Assembly (NCBI GenBank): GCA_965248265.1
Contig: CBDFJF010000001.1
Span: 2,112,001-2,176,000 of the forward strand
Reading direction: 5' to 3'
DNA: 64,000 nucleotides
Origin: Candidatus Latescibacterota bacterium
Lineage (GTDB): Bacteria; Latescibacterota; UBA2968; UBA8231
Below the pieces are notes generated by a model, which was given only the letters and a program-made list of their open reading frames with translations, had not been told where the DNA came from and made no database searches. Of the stretch, positions 8,585-19,142 are shown piece by piece (position 1 is the stretch's first letter; each line of letters begins with the position of its first letter). The translations under genes and the position numbers were made by a program.

Positions 8585-10065
8585 GCAGCCCTAACATCCT
8601 GCTCATTCTCACCGACCAGCAGCGCACCGATTCACTCGGTTTCATGGGCCGGACACCTTGCAGCACACCGAACATGGATCGCATTGCCCGCGAAGGGATC
8701 TCCTTCGACCGCGCCATATGCTCAAGTCCTCTCTGTCTGCCGTCGAGGGCATCCATTTTCACGGGCCAGTACCCGCACCAGATCGACATGATGCGGAACA
8801 GCGACACCCTTCGCGCCGAGCCGACACTCACGGAACGGCTCAGAGCGCAGGGGTATTACACTGCCTATGCCGGGAAATGGCATCTGGAACCATCCGGCCA
8901 ACCCAAGGCCTTCAGAGGCAGAGGAAAAGAGTTGGGGTTGAGCCAGTTTCAATCTGACGCGGCACCCGCAGGTCAACGGGTAGTAGACCGCTGGTTCGAC
9001 ATTGCCGAAGGGCAAGCGAATGCGGACTACAGCGAATGGTGCGAGCAAAACGGTCTGCCCGACGGCTGGCCCGTCTCCGACCCGGACGTGCGTACCCATC
9101 GCACGCCCTCGATGACGACACCAAAAACTAAGGTGCAGGACCTGCCGCCCGACAAAACCTACGATGCCTGGGTCACCGACATCGCTCTTCGCTTCTATCA
9201 AGATCGACCCAAAGACCAGCCGTTTTTCCTGGTGTCCAGTTGGTTCGGGCCCCACCCGCCCTTCCTGATCCCGGAGCCCTACTACAGCATGTACGACTCC
9301 AGCGATATTCCCGAACCACCCAACTTCGGTCCGCGACCAAAAGCGCCCCGTTCCAATACCACCAATTTCTACCACCAACTCTGGCACGACCACGGTGATG
9401 ACTGGCAAGCATGGAAGAAATCGATGGCCGTTTACTGGGGGTATGTAACAATGATGGATGCCTTGGTGGGCCGGCTGCTGCAAGCATTGGAAAGCGATGG
9501 AATCCTCGACGACACCCTGGTCGTCTTTGCCTCCGATCACGGCGAAATGCTGGGCAGTCACGGCCAGTGGCATAAGATGATGCCTTATGAAGAGAGCCTG
9601 CGGGTGCCGCTGTTGATGCGCTATCCGGAACGGATCCAACCCGGTCTGCGCAGCACAGCGCTATCATCGTTGATCGACATCCCCGCTACGATTCTATCGG
9701 TCACCGATGAGACCATCCCGGATGAGTACGAAGGATGCGACCTGTCCCCGGCCTTTACGGACGGCGCCGAGTTTCAGGAGGACGCCTACCGGTTCTCGGA
9801 ACACCAACCACTGGGCGAGTGGCACCGTGCTACTGATTTTCGACTGGTTATCGATGAGCGCTACAAGTACGTCTGGAACAACAACGACCTGAACCAGTTG
9901 TACGATCTGGAAAGCGACCCCTTCGAGCTCGTCAACCTGATCGATGTTCCGAGTGCTGCCGAAGAGCTTATCCGGCTTCGCAGCCGCCTGCATCGCTGGA
10001 TGGTCGAAACCAGTGATCCACTCTTGGAAAACTTCACCCGTCAGTTAGGTATAGAAAGTGAATGA
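8581..10065 (+). CDS. Formylglycine-dependent sulfatase
   Basis: PNILLILTDQ, CLPSRASIFTG, GKWH, SDHG, LYDLESDP. Confidence 0.93.
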   Translation: MSSPNILLILTDQQRTDSLGFMGRTPCSTPNMDRIAREGISFDRAICSSPLCLPSRASIFTGQYPHQIDMMRNSDTLRAEPTLTERLRAQGYYTAYAGKWHLEPSGQPKAFRGRGKELGLSQFQSDAAPAGQRVVDRWFDIAEGQANADYSEWCEQNGLPDGWPVSDPDVRTHRTPSMTTPKTKVQDLPPDKTYDAWVTDIALRFYQDRPKDQPFFLVSSWFGPHPPFLIPEPYYSMYDSSDIPEPPNFGPRPKAPRSNTTNFYHQLWHDHGDDWQAWKKSMAVYWGYVTMMDALVGRLLQALESDGILDDTLVVFASDHGEMLGSHGQWHKMMPYEESLRVPLLMRYPERIQPGLRSTALSSLIDIPATILSVTDETIPDEYEGCDLSPAFTDGAEFQEDAYRFSEHQPLGEWHRATDFRLVIDERYKYVWNNNDLNQLYDLESDPFELVNLIDVPSAAEELIRLRSRLHRWMVETSDPLLENFTRQLGIESE

Positions 10066-11413
10066 GCGTCCCAACATTCTGATCATCACGTGCCACGACC
10101 TCGGCGACTACCTGGGTTGTTATGGCACTCCGGTGACCACTCCCAACCTGGATGCCCTGGCCGGACAGGGTATGGTCTTTCAGAATCACTTCGCCGCCGC
10201 CTCCATCTGCAGCCCCAGTCGCGGTTCACTGATGACCGGATGCTATCCTCACACGCACGGGTTAATGGGACTGGTTCCACGAGGTTGGGAAATGGATGTG
10301 GATCGGTGTCCGGCTCTGCCCCGGATCCTCCAGGATACCGGCTATCAAACACACCTTTTCGGTATTCAACACGAGCACTGGGACCCCCAGCGAGTGGGTT
10401 ACGCCCACGTGCATCCGGTCGCATCAACCTGCAGTGATGATGTCGCGCCCGTTTTCGCAGACTGGGTTCGGCAAAGAGATCAAACGGGGCCATCATTCCT
10501 CGCCAATATTGGATTGTTTGAGCCGCATCGCTTCGGTCTGGCGAGTCAGGGTTACGACCAGGCGTTGCTGGGCACCGTTCCCTCCCATTTCAGACGCGGG
10601 GTCTACGGATCCGCAGATCCGGCCGAGGTCGAGGTTCGTCCCTATCTGCCCGACATTCCCGAGATGCAGCAGGAAGTAGCCGACTTCTATGGCGCCGTCG
10701 AGTTCATGGATCATCACGTGGGTACGGTGCTGCAGGCTCTGGATGATGCTGGTTTGACCGAAAGCACCCTGGTCCTCTTCGCCACCGACCACGGTGCGTC
10801 GTTCCCACACTCGAAGGGCACGCTCTACGATGGCGGCACCAAAGTCGCCTGCATGATGCGCTGGCCCGGCCATCTTCCGGTAGGCGGCAGCGTGACAGAG
10901 TTGACCAGCCACGTCGATATGCTGCCAACGCTGCTGGAGTTGTTGAATCTGCCCGTGCCGAGCCACTGTCAGGGGCACAGTTTCACCGATGTGGTTCAGC
11001 GCACGCCAGGCGCGGGACGCGAATTCGTCTATGCGGAGAAGAACTATACCCAGTATTACGATCCCGCGCGGATGATCCGCTCGAATTCATTCAAGTACAT
11101 ACGCAAGGGTCTCAAGACCTGCATTTTCGACTTTGTTCTGACCGAAATCGAACTGAGCCCGGCCAACTTTCGTACCAGCAAAGCGGTTTTCGATTTTTAC
11201 TCTTCCCTGCGAACCACTGAGGAACTCTACGACCTCAACCTCGATCCAGCCGAGATGAGCAATCTGGCCGATGATCCGGCGCACCGGGACACGCTCCATG
11301 CAATGCAGACGGCCCTGGATGTCCATCTCGAATCCACGGATGATCCGTTCAGGCATCTGCGCCATGATCTGCTCATGCCGGCGGATGTGTACGCGGCCGT
11401 GAAGGGATCATGA
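10058..11413 (+). CDS. Formylglycine-dependent sulfatase (sulfamidase-like)
   Basis: PNILIITCHD, CSPSRGSLMTG, TDHG, ELYDLNLDP. Confidence 0.92.
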   Translation: MNERPNILIITCHDLGDYLGCYGTPVTTPNLDALAGQGMVFQNHFAAASICSPSRGSLMTGCYPHTHGLMGLVPRGWEMDVDRCPALPRILQDTGYQTHLFGIQHEHWDPQRVGYAHVHPVASTCSDDVAPVFADWVRQRDQTGPSFLANIGLFEPHRFGLASQGYDQALLGTVPSHFRRGVYGSADPAEVEVRPYLPDIPEMQQEVADFYGAVEFMDHHVGTVLQALDDAGLTESTLVLFATDHGASFPHSKGTLYDGGTKVACMMRWPGHLPVGGSVTELTSHVDMLPTLLELLNLPVPSHCQGHSFTDVVQRTPGAGREFVYAEKNYTQYYDPARMIRSNSFKYIRKGLKTCIFDFVLTEIELSPANFRTSKAVFDFYSSLRTTEELYDLNLDPAEMSNLADDPAHRDTLHAMQTALDVHLESTDDPFRHLRHDLLMPADVYAAVKGS

Positions 11414-11532
11414 GTATTTGCGAATGCCAAACCGATTCATAGATTGGATGCCTCCGTGGCACCGCAGTTGAGAGCGCCATGTACCGAACGACACTTGAGT
11501 GTCGTCCCTGCACACAAGGTCGAGACCACCAT

Positions 11533-14500
11533 ATGGTAGCACTCCGGCAAGAGGTCTTCTGGACAACCAGACAGGTGCTCGTGGTCCTCTTCCTGTTTGC
11601 TCCAGGCGTCTTGCAGGCCGCTGTCGAGCCCGACCCAAAATCCTCCAACCACTTGACATCCAGCAACAACGGCACCGGTCACTGGCGCACCTACACCGCT
11701 GAGGATGGCCTGGCCCATGGCAATGTGAATGCCCTGCTCCAGGACCGTGCGGGGTACCTCTGGATCGGTACCCGGGGTGGAGTGAGCCGTTTTGACGGCC
11801 GCAGATTCGTGAGCTTCACCACTACTGACGGACTTGGCCACGACAATGCAAAGGCCGTCATCCAGGATCGGTCGGGGGATGTGTGGGTCGGCACAGATGC
11901 CGGAGTGAGCCGTTTCGACGGTGAGTCCTGGACGACCTACACGACTGAGGATGGATTGGCTCACAGCGAAGTTCAGGCGCTGATGGTGGATCGTTCAGGT
12001 GCGGTATGGGTGGGCACCGACGGCGGAGTGAACCGCATCGACGGTGAGCTCTGGACGACCTTCACCACTAGGGATGGGCTGGCCGCGGGCGAGGTGGAGG
12101 TGTTCCTGGAGGACCGATCGGGCGCCGTATGGGTGGGCACGGAAGGAGGTGGAGTCAGTCGTTTCGACGGCGAGAGCTGGAAGACCTATACCATGGCCGA
12201 TGGGCTGGCCTACGACAAGGTGAAGGGGATTGCTCAGGACCATAATGGCAACCTGTGGTTCGCCACCGAGGGCGGGGTGAGCCGATTCGACGGAAAGCTG
12301 TGGAAGACTTACCAGACAACCGATGGCCTGACCGACGATGAGGTTGAAGCGGTCCTGACGGACCGGGAGGGCAACCTCTGGTTCGGGACCGAGGGAGGCG
12401 GTGTGAGCCACTTCGACGGGGAGCTGTGGACGACCTACACCACGGCTGATGGTTTGGCGGGAGACATGGTAGAGGTGCTTTTGGAGGATCGGGAGGGCAA
12501 TCTGTGGATGGGCACCAAGGGCGATGGCCTGAGCTGTTTCGCCGGGCAGAGTTGGACGACCTACACCACCCGTGATGGTCTGGGCTTCGACAAGGTGAAG
12601 TCGGTACTACAGGATCCAGCGGGAAATATGTGGATCGCCACGGATGGCGGCGGCGTGAGCCGCTTCGACGGACTTACCTGGACGACCTACACGACGGCCG
12701 ATGGTCTGGTCTACGATGAGGTAGAATCGGTTCTGATAGATCGGGAAGGCCACTTCTGGTTTGGCACCGAAGGCAGAGGAGTGAGTCGGTTCGACGGGCA
12801 GAACTGGACGAGCTACACCACAGACAATGGCCTGCCGCACGGAGAGGTAGAGGCCCTTTTTGAGGATGTGTCGGGTGCTATCTGGTTCGGCACCGATGGG
12901 GGCGGCGTGTGCCGCTTTGACGGGGAGACGTGGAAGACCTACTCCACCACCGATGGGCTGGCCCACAACGAGGTGAAGGAGATACTCCAGGATCGAGACG
13001 AGAACCTGTGGTTCGCCACCGAAAATGGGGTGAGTCGCTTCGGGAGGGACGGATGGAGGAGTTATACGACCAGAGATGGGCTCCCCCATGAGCGCATCGA
13101 CGCGGTGTACCTGGACGGGCAGGATCGTCTCTGGTTCGGTTCGAAGGGTGGGGCTACCCGGTTTGACGGGGAGAATTGGAGGACCTACACCACGGCAGAC
13201 GGGCTGGTCAACGACAAAGTGTCGGATATCACCCAGGACGATGACGGACACATCTGGTTCGCCACCGGCGGTGGGGTGAGCCGTTTCGACGGGCACAACT
13301 GGACCAGCTACAACGTGGCTGACGGTCTTGTCCACGATCACGTGGGGACGGTCTACCAGGATCGAGAGGGGCGTTTCTGGTTTGGCACGTTGGGTGGCCT
13401 CAGCCGCTTCGTCCCTCCTCCCCCTACTTCGCCGCTGGTTTCAATCGATGCGATTGTTGCTGACCAACGATACACAGCGTCCTCGAAACCGGCCATTCCG
13501 GCAGGTGAGCACCTGATCGCCTTAGAGTTCAGCGCCATCAGCTTCAAGACCCGCCCGGAGGCGATGCGCTACATCTATCGTCTGAAGGGCTACGAGGAGG
13601 AGTGGCAGAGCTCCCACATCCCGCGCGTCGAATACCCCCAGCTACCCGCGGGTGACTACACCTTCGAGGTCAATGCGATCGACCGTGACCTCGTCAGCTC
13701 TCAAAGACCGGCCACTGCGCAACTGCGGGTGCGCGTGGATTACACGTGGATTGGTGTGTGGACGCTTCTGAGCGGCGCGCTCGTGCTCATCGTCCTGCAG
13801 TCAGTGCGGGTCGTACGTCGCGGGCACACTCTCCAGAGACTTCACGGCGACCTGCAGCTGGCAAACGAGGAACTGGAACTACGCGTCGAGGAGCGAACCG
13901 CCGAACTGAGCTCGACCAACGAGCAATTACAGGTCGAAATCGCCGAGCGCAAACAGATGGAGGAGGACCTGCGCCGGTACCAGAAAATGGAGTTGATCGG
14001 CGAGCTATCGGCGGGAATCGCCCACAATTTCAACAATGTGCTCCAGGGAATGATCGGCGGCCTCGAGGTCTCCATCCTCAAGGCTACGCCGTCTCAGCAA
14101 ACCGCTCTGACCAAGGTCGTCGAGATGGCCGAGCGGGGGGCCAGCGTAGTGCGTCAACTCATGCTGTTCGGCCAACCGGTCAGGACGTCAGATTTGAGGC
14201 CGATCGATTTGCGGATGGTGATCGAGAACACGGTGGGATTGTGCCACAAATCGTTTGACCAGAGGATCGAGGTCAAGGTCGAATGGTCCGAGATCCTTCC
14301 CGCTATCCAGGGGGACGTTGGACAGCTGGAGCAGGTCCTGTTGAATCTGTGTCTCAACGCGCGGGACGCACTTATGGAGGCGGAGCGCGAGGCCTGGTAC
14401 GTGCGCATCGCCGTGGACACGTGTGTTGTCAGGACCGAGGATCTGCCGAGAAACATGGACCTGGCGGTTGGCGTGTACGGAAGGGTGCAGGTGGAGGACA

Positions 14501-15117
14501 ACGGTGCGGGCATGGACGAGGCCACCCAGGAACGCATCTTCGAGCCATTCTTCACCACCAAGGAAGTGGACCAAGGTTCGGGTTTGGGGTTGGCGACGGT
14601 CTATGCCATCGTTCGCGATCACGGTGGATGGGTCGAATGCGAAAGCGAGGTGGGGGTTGGCACGACGGTGTCGATCTATCTGCCGACGCTGCGCCAGCAG
14701 GGTGTGATCGAACCGTCGCAACCCGAGCAAACGCCGGTCCAACGGGGAACGGAGACTATCCTCGTGATCGACGACGAGCCCATGGTGCGGCAGTTTCTGT
14801 GCTCCTTCCTCGATCAATGCGGGTACGGTGCTCTGGAGGCAGCTGACGGCCTGGAAGGACTCGAGGTGTTGCGCCGGGAGGAGGTCGATCTGGTGCTGCT
14901 GGATCTGTCGATGCCGCGGATGCCGGGCCGCGAGGTGCTGGAGCGGATTCAAGCCGAGTTTCCGCACGTACGGGTGATCATCTTTACGGGCTATGCCACG
15001 CGCATGGAAGAATTCGCCGGAGCTCACGGCGTCTTGCAGAAACCGCTGCCGCCCAAGGCGGTAACCAACAAAGTACGTGAAGTGTTGGATGGGTCCATCC
15101 TAACCGGAGGTTCCTGA
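11533..15117 (+). CDS. Hybrid sensor kinase: 14 Reg_prop blades, Y_Y_Y, TM, HisKA, HATPase, REC
   Basis: 14 repeats WxTYTTxDGL..V....D..G.LW.GT.GG.SRFDG, YIYRLKG...YTFEV, AHNFNNVL, FEPFFTTK, C-terminal REC. Start could also be 11479. Confidence 0.92.
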   Translation: MVALRQEVFWTTRQVLVVLFLFAPGVLQAAVEPDPKSSNHLTSSNNGTGHWRTYTAEDGLAHGNVNALLQDRAGYLWIGTRGGVSRFDGRRFVSFTTTDGLGHDNAKAVIQDRSGDVWVGTDAGVSRFDGESWTTYTTEDGLAHSEVQALMVDRSGAVWVGTDGGVNRIDGELWTTFTTRDGLAAGEVEVFLEDRSGAVWVGTEGGGVSRFDGESWKTYTMADGLAYDKVKGIAQDHNGNLWFATEGGVSRFDGKLWKTYQTTDGLTDDEVEAVLTDREGNLWFGTEGGGVSHFDGELWTTYTTADGLAGDMVEVLLEDREGNLWMGTKGDGLSCFAGQSWTTYTTRDGLGFDKVKSVLQDPAGNMWIATDGGGVSRFDGLTWTTYTTADGLVYDEVESVLIDREGHFWFGTEGRGVSRFDGQNWTSYTTDNGLPHGEVEALFEDVSGAIWFGTDGGGVCRFDGETWKTYSTTDGLAHNEVKEILQDRDENLWFATENGVSRFGRDGWRSYTTRDGLPHERIDAVYLDGQDRLWFGSKGGATRFDGENWRTYTTADGLVNDKVSDITQDDDGHIWFATGGGVSRFDGHNWTSYNVADGLVHDHVGTVYQDREGRFWFGTLGGLSRFVPPPPTSPLVSIDAIVADQRYTASSKPAIPAGEHLIALEFSAISFKTRPEAMRYIYRLKGYEEEWQSSHIPRVEYPQLPAGDYTFEVNAIDRDLVSSQRPATAQLRVRVDYTWIGVWTLLSGALVLIVLQSVRVVRRGHTLQRLHGDLQLANEELELRVEERTAELSSTNEQLQVEIAERKQMEEDLRRYQKMELIGELSAGIAHNFNNVLQGMIGGLEVSILKATPSQQTALTKVVEMAERGASVVRQLMLFGQPVRTSDLRPIDLRMVIENTVGLCHKSFDQRIEVKVEWSEILPAIQGDVGQLEQVLLNLCLNARDALMEAEREAWYVRIAVDTCVVRTEDLPRNMDLAVGVYGRVQVEDNGAGMDEATQERIFEPFFTTKEVDQGSGLGLATVYAIVRDHGGWVECESEVGVGTTVSIYLPTLRQQGVIEPSQPEQTPVQRGTETILVIDDEPMVRQFLCSFLDQCGYGALEAADGLEGLEVLRREEVDLVLLDLSMPRMPGREVLERIQAEFPHVRVIIFTGYATRMEEFAGAHGVLQKPLPPKAVTNKVREVLDGSILTGGS

Positions 15118-15120
15118 CCC

Positions 15121-17928
15121 ATGCGTCTGTTCTTGCTCATCTTCACCATCGGTTTCGTCGCTCAGGTAAACGGAGCGTCCACGGCGACAATTTCGGGTCG
15201 CGTCATCGACGGTGTCTCGGGTCTGCCCCTGCCCGGGGCTAACATCCTCATCGAGGACACCTCTCTAGGGACGGTCAGCGACCGCGACGGCAACTTCCGC
15301 CTAACTGGAATCACGGGGGGTTCGCGGACTGTAACCGTGACGTACATCGGCTATCAGACCATGTCGAGCTCGACCACGTTGACGCCCGGTCAGATCGCGC
15401 TCATCGATTTCGCCCTCGAGCCCGGGGTCATCATCGCCGACGGGATCATCGTGGTCGGTCAGCGGCTGCAGGGACAGGCCAGAGCCATCAACCAGCAGCG
15501 CGCCAGCGCCAACATCACGAACATCGTCGCCGCCGACCAGATCGGCCGCTTTCCCGACGCCAACATCGGCGACGCCATGAAGCGTATCCCCGGCATTGTC
15601 GTCGAGTACGACCAGGGTGAAGCCCGCTTCGGCCTGATCCGCGGCACGGAGGCCCGCATGAACTCCGTGATGCTCAACGGAGAGCGGGTACCCTCCGCCG
15701 AGGGCGCGATCCGAGCGGTGCAACTCGACCTGGTCCCGGCGGACATGATCCAGACCGTGGAGGTCAACAAGTCACTGACGCCGGACATGGACGCCGATGC
15801 CATTGGTGGCACCGTCAACCTGGTCACTCGGTCGGCTCCCGAAAGGTTGCGCATCTCCGGCACGTTGGGCAGCGGTTACAATTTCCTGTCCGAAAAACCG
15901 ATGGGCATCTCCTCAGTGCTCGTCGGCAATCGCTATCTCGATGGCCGTCTGGGCCTACTTGTCAGTGCCTCCTACCACAATCACCACCTCGGATCCGACA
16001 ACATCGAACCGGAATGGAAGGATGCCGACGAAGTGGCTTTCGTCGAAGAGATGCAGGTGCGCGAGTATGACGTGCATCGCATCCGCCGCAGCCTCGGCAG
16101 CTCCGTCGACTTCGAACTCGACGGTCGCAACCGCCTGTTCCTGCGTTCCATCTGGAACCAGCGCGACGACTACGAAAACCGCTACCGACTCAAGATCAAG
16201 GACTTGGGCCTGCCTGTAGAAGGGCAAACAGAGACCTGGGAGGTGGTTCGCGACTTGAAAGGCGGCAGCAGCGCCAATGACGACGGCCGCCTCGAAGACC
16301 AGAGCGCATCCAGCACGACGCTAGGAGGCGTGCACCTGGTCAGAGGGGACATCGAGGCTTCCTGGTCGGCGACCTACTCACGAGCCTCGGAAGACAAGCC
16401 CAACGAGCGTCACTTGGAGTACACCGTAGCTCGGGACGCGGACGATGGCGACTCCGGCATCGGCGTGCGCGCCAATCTTTCCGACCCGGAAAAGCCGCAA
16501 TTCTCCTTCCTCGATCCCGCGGACGTCGCCATCGGCGAGTTCGAGCTCAACGAGCTCAACGAGGAACACCAGTTCGTCGAGGAGACCGACATCAACGGGC
16601 GCATCGATGTCAAAATCCCGTGGCTTGCCGGCCGCTGGCACAACCGGATTGTCACGGGCCTGCGCCATCGCGGCAAGGACAAAAAACGCGACAACCGCTT
16701 CTTCGAGTACGCACCTATCGACGACGACGCTTTCGCCACCCTGGCGCAGGTTCCGACCACGGATGTGACGAATCCCGACTTTCTCGCCGGCGACTACGAG
16801 GCCGGCACGTTTCCCAGCGAAGCGTTTCTGGGCAGCCTGGATCTGACGGACGCGACACAGTTCGAACAGGAGGACAAACCCGACGAGTACGTTCCCGCCA
16901 ACTACGAAGCCACCGAAACTGTAGACGGCGGCTACCTGATGCTCGAGCAGGATTACGGCGAGGACTGGAGCTTCATCATCGGCCTCCGCCTGGAGCACAC
17001 CAGCATCGACTACACTGGCAACGAGCTGTTCATCGATCCAGACGCGGATGAGGAGTTTCGCACGACGCCGGTCAGCGGCGAAGAGTCCTACACCCATGCG
17101 CTGCCGGGGTTCCACGTACGCCACCAGATCGACGCTCGGACCGTCTTGCGCTTGGCCTGGACCAACACGATCTCGCGGCCCAACTACTACGACCTGGTGC
17201 CCTACCGCCAGGTCATCATCGAGGACGCCGTACTCTCCGAGGGCAACCCTGCACTCGACCCGACCACGTCAATGAACTTCGATATCACGGCGGAGCGCTA
17301 CCTCGAATCGGTGGGACTGATATCGGCGGGCGTGTTCACCAAGACCATCGACGACTTCACCTTCTTCTTCCTCGAAGAGGACTATCTCGATCCGGTAACG
17401 GGCCGGACCTTCGACGAGTACCTGCAGCCGCGCAACGGCAAAGGCGCCTCGTTATCCGGCTTCGAACTGGCCCTGCAGCGCCAACTCGACTTCGTTCCGG
17501 CGGTGACTGGCCTCGGCATCTACGCGAACTACACCTACACCGACTCCGAGATAGACGAGCTCCCCATCCAGGGCCGCGAAAATGACAAACTGTCACTGCC
17601 AGGTACCGCCAAGCACTCCCTGAACGGCTCTCTCTCATACGAGCGCGGCCTGGTCACCGTGCGCTTATCGGCCAACTACAACAGCTCGCACATCGATGCC
17701 GCCGCAGGAGAGTTTCGCGACGATGCCTTCTCGGATCGTTATTACGACTCGGCCACGCACGTAGACCTGAACGGATCCGTGCGGCTCACGCCACAGGTGC
17801 GCGTGTTCTTCGAAGCCAACAACCTCTCCAATCAACCCTTACGGTTTTACCAGGGGATCGAGGAACGAACCGCGCAAGCGGAGTACTACGACCGCCGATT
17901 CAGCCTCGGTCTGAAGTTCGACCTGTAA
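15121..17928 (+). CDS. TonB-dependent receptor
   Basis: Signal peptide, carboxypeptidase-regulatory-like N-domain, plug IGRFPDANIGDAMKRIPG, DADAIGGTVNL, C-terminal LGLKFDL. Confidence 0.93.
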   Translation: MRLFLLIFTIGFVAQVNGASTATISGRVIDGVSGLPLPGANILIEDTSLGTVSDRDGNFRLTGITGGSRTVTVTYIGYQTMSSSTTLTPGQIALIDFALEPGVIIADGIIVVGQRLQGQARAINQQRASANITNIVAADQIGRFPDANIGDAMKRIPGIVVEYDQGEARFGLIRGTEARMNSVMLNGERVPSAEGAIRAVQLDLVPADMIQTVEVNKSLTPDMDADAIGGTVNLVTRSAPERLRISGTLGSGYNFLSEKPMGISSVLVGNRYLDGRLGLLVSASYHNHHLGSDNIEPEWKDADEVAFVEEMQVREYDVHRIRRSLGSSVDFELDGRNRLFLRSIWNQRDDYENRYRLKIKDLGLPVEGQTETWEVVRDLKGGSSANDDGRLEDQSASSTTLGGVHLVRGDIEASWSATYSRASEDKPNERHLEYTVARDADDGDSGIGVRANLSDPEKPQFSFLDPADVAIGEFELNELNEEHQFVEETDINGRIDVKIPWLAGRWHNRIVTGLRHRGKDKKRDNRFFEYAPIDDDAFATLAQVPTTDVTNPDFLAGDYEAGTFPSEAFLGSLDLTDATQFEQEDKPDEYVPANYEATETVDGGYLMLEQDYGEDWSFIIGLRLEHTSIDYTGNELFIDPDADEEFRTTPVSGEESYTHALPGFHVRHQIDARTVLRLAWTNTISRPNYYDLVPYRQVIIEDAVLSEGNPALDPTTSMNFDITAERYLESVGLISAGVFTKTIDDFTFFFLEEDYLDPVTGRTFDEYLQPRNGKGASLSGFELALQRQLDFVPAVTGLGIYANYTYTDSEIDELPIQGRENDKLSLPGTAKHSLNGSLSYERGLVTVRLSANYNSSHIDAAAGEFRDDAFSDRYYDSATHVDLNGSVRLTPQVRVFFEANNLSNQPLRFYQGIEERTAQAEYYDRRFSLGLKFDL

Positions 17929-17930
17929 GC

Positions 17931-19004
17931 ATGAGGTATTTCAGCGCGGCCGACGGCCAGGCATTCGGTCTGCTCCTCACACTGGTCACTACGATTTCCG
18001 GCTGTGCCTCAGGGATGCTGTCGGCATCCTCCGTGGTCGTCGGCGAAACCTGGATGTCGCCGTGGTCACAGGAGGACAACATCGATTCCCCAGCGGTCTG
18101 GCACGGTCCGGCGGGGCAGCACTGGGTCATTGCCACGGCCAAATCGACCCATCAGCTCCTCGTCTACGATGCTCGAGATGGTCGACTCCTGCGCCGCGCG
18201 GGCAACGCCGGCTCAGGAGCCGGACAGCTGCTGCGCCCCAACGGTATCACCATCGTCGACGACATGGCACTCGTGGTCGAACGCGACAACCACCGGGTGC
18301 AGGCCTTTGCACTGCCAGACCTCGTGCCTGCCGGTGAGTTCGGCGCGGACGTACTCCGTCGACCCTACGGCATAGCTGCGGCCCCGGACACGACCGCCGG
18401 CACTTACCGAGTCTTCATCACCGACAACTACATGACGGCTTCCGGAGAAATACCGCCTGACGGCGATTTGGGTGAACGCGTGCGGTCGTTCATCGTCACC
18501 GTCGACAGAGAGGCGGTGCGGGCCGAAGCTGCGATCGTCTTCGGCGACACCACTGGCCCTGGGTGCCTCCGGCAGGTAGAATCCGTCGGCGTCGATCCCC
18601 TCCAGCAGCGATTAGTCATCGTCGAAGAGCTGGAAGGCGCGCTGAAGATCTACGGTATGGACGGACGATTTCGCGACCTCGTAGTTGGGGGGGACGTCTT
18701 TCGGCGCCAGCCGGAAGGCATCGCCCTGCACGGCTGCGCCAATGGCAGAGGTTACTGGATAGTCGCCGACCAGGCACCGACGGAGAACCGGTTTCTGTTG
18801 TTCCGGCGGGATGACTTCGCTTACCTTGGCGCCTTCGAAGGCTCGGTCACAGCGCATACGGACGGAGTGGCGCTTACACAGCCACACTTCGGGCAGTTCA
18901 GCGGCGGCGCCTTTTATGCGGTGCATGACGATGGCGGAGTCGCGGCATTCGACTGGGCGCGCGTGTTGTCCGATCTCAACCTCGATCCCGAATGCAGCGA
19001 GTGA
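17931..19004 (+). CDS. Beta-propeller phytase (probable lipoprotein)
   Basis: Lipobox-like ISGC; IDSPAVW, TAK, VESVGVD, PEGIAL, HTDGVAL, FSGGAFYAVHDD. Confidence 0.8.
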   Translation: MRYFSAADGQAFGLLLTLVTTISGCASGMLSASSVVVGETWMSPWSQEDNIDSPAVWHGPAGQHWVIATAKSTHQLLVYDARDGRLLRRAGNAGSGAGQLLRPNGITIVDDMALVVERDNHRVQAFALPDLVPAGEFGADVLRRPYGIAAAPDTTAGTYRVFITDNYMTASGEIPPDGDLGERVRSFIVTVDREAVRAEAAIVFGDTTGPGCLRQVESVGVDPLQQRLVIVEELEGALKIYGMDGRFRDLVVGGDVFRRQPEGIALHGCANGRGYWIVADQAPTENRFLLFRRDDFAYLGAFEGSVTAHTDGVALTQPHFGQFSGGAFYAVHDDGGVAAFDWARVLSDLNLDPECSE

Positions 19005-19142
19005 GTGACGAAACCCAACAACCAAGTCCCGATAGGGTTGCTTCGATCTCGACATGACGCCAGGATGAATCGTGTCAGTCTATGGCCGGAGAAGATCCTT
19101 TAGATCCAATTGCATCCCTCCCGATAGTCAGAGGAACTCCAA

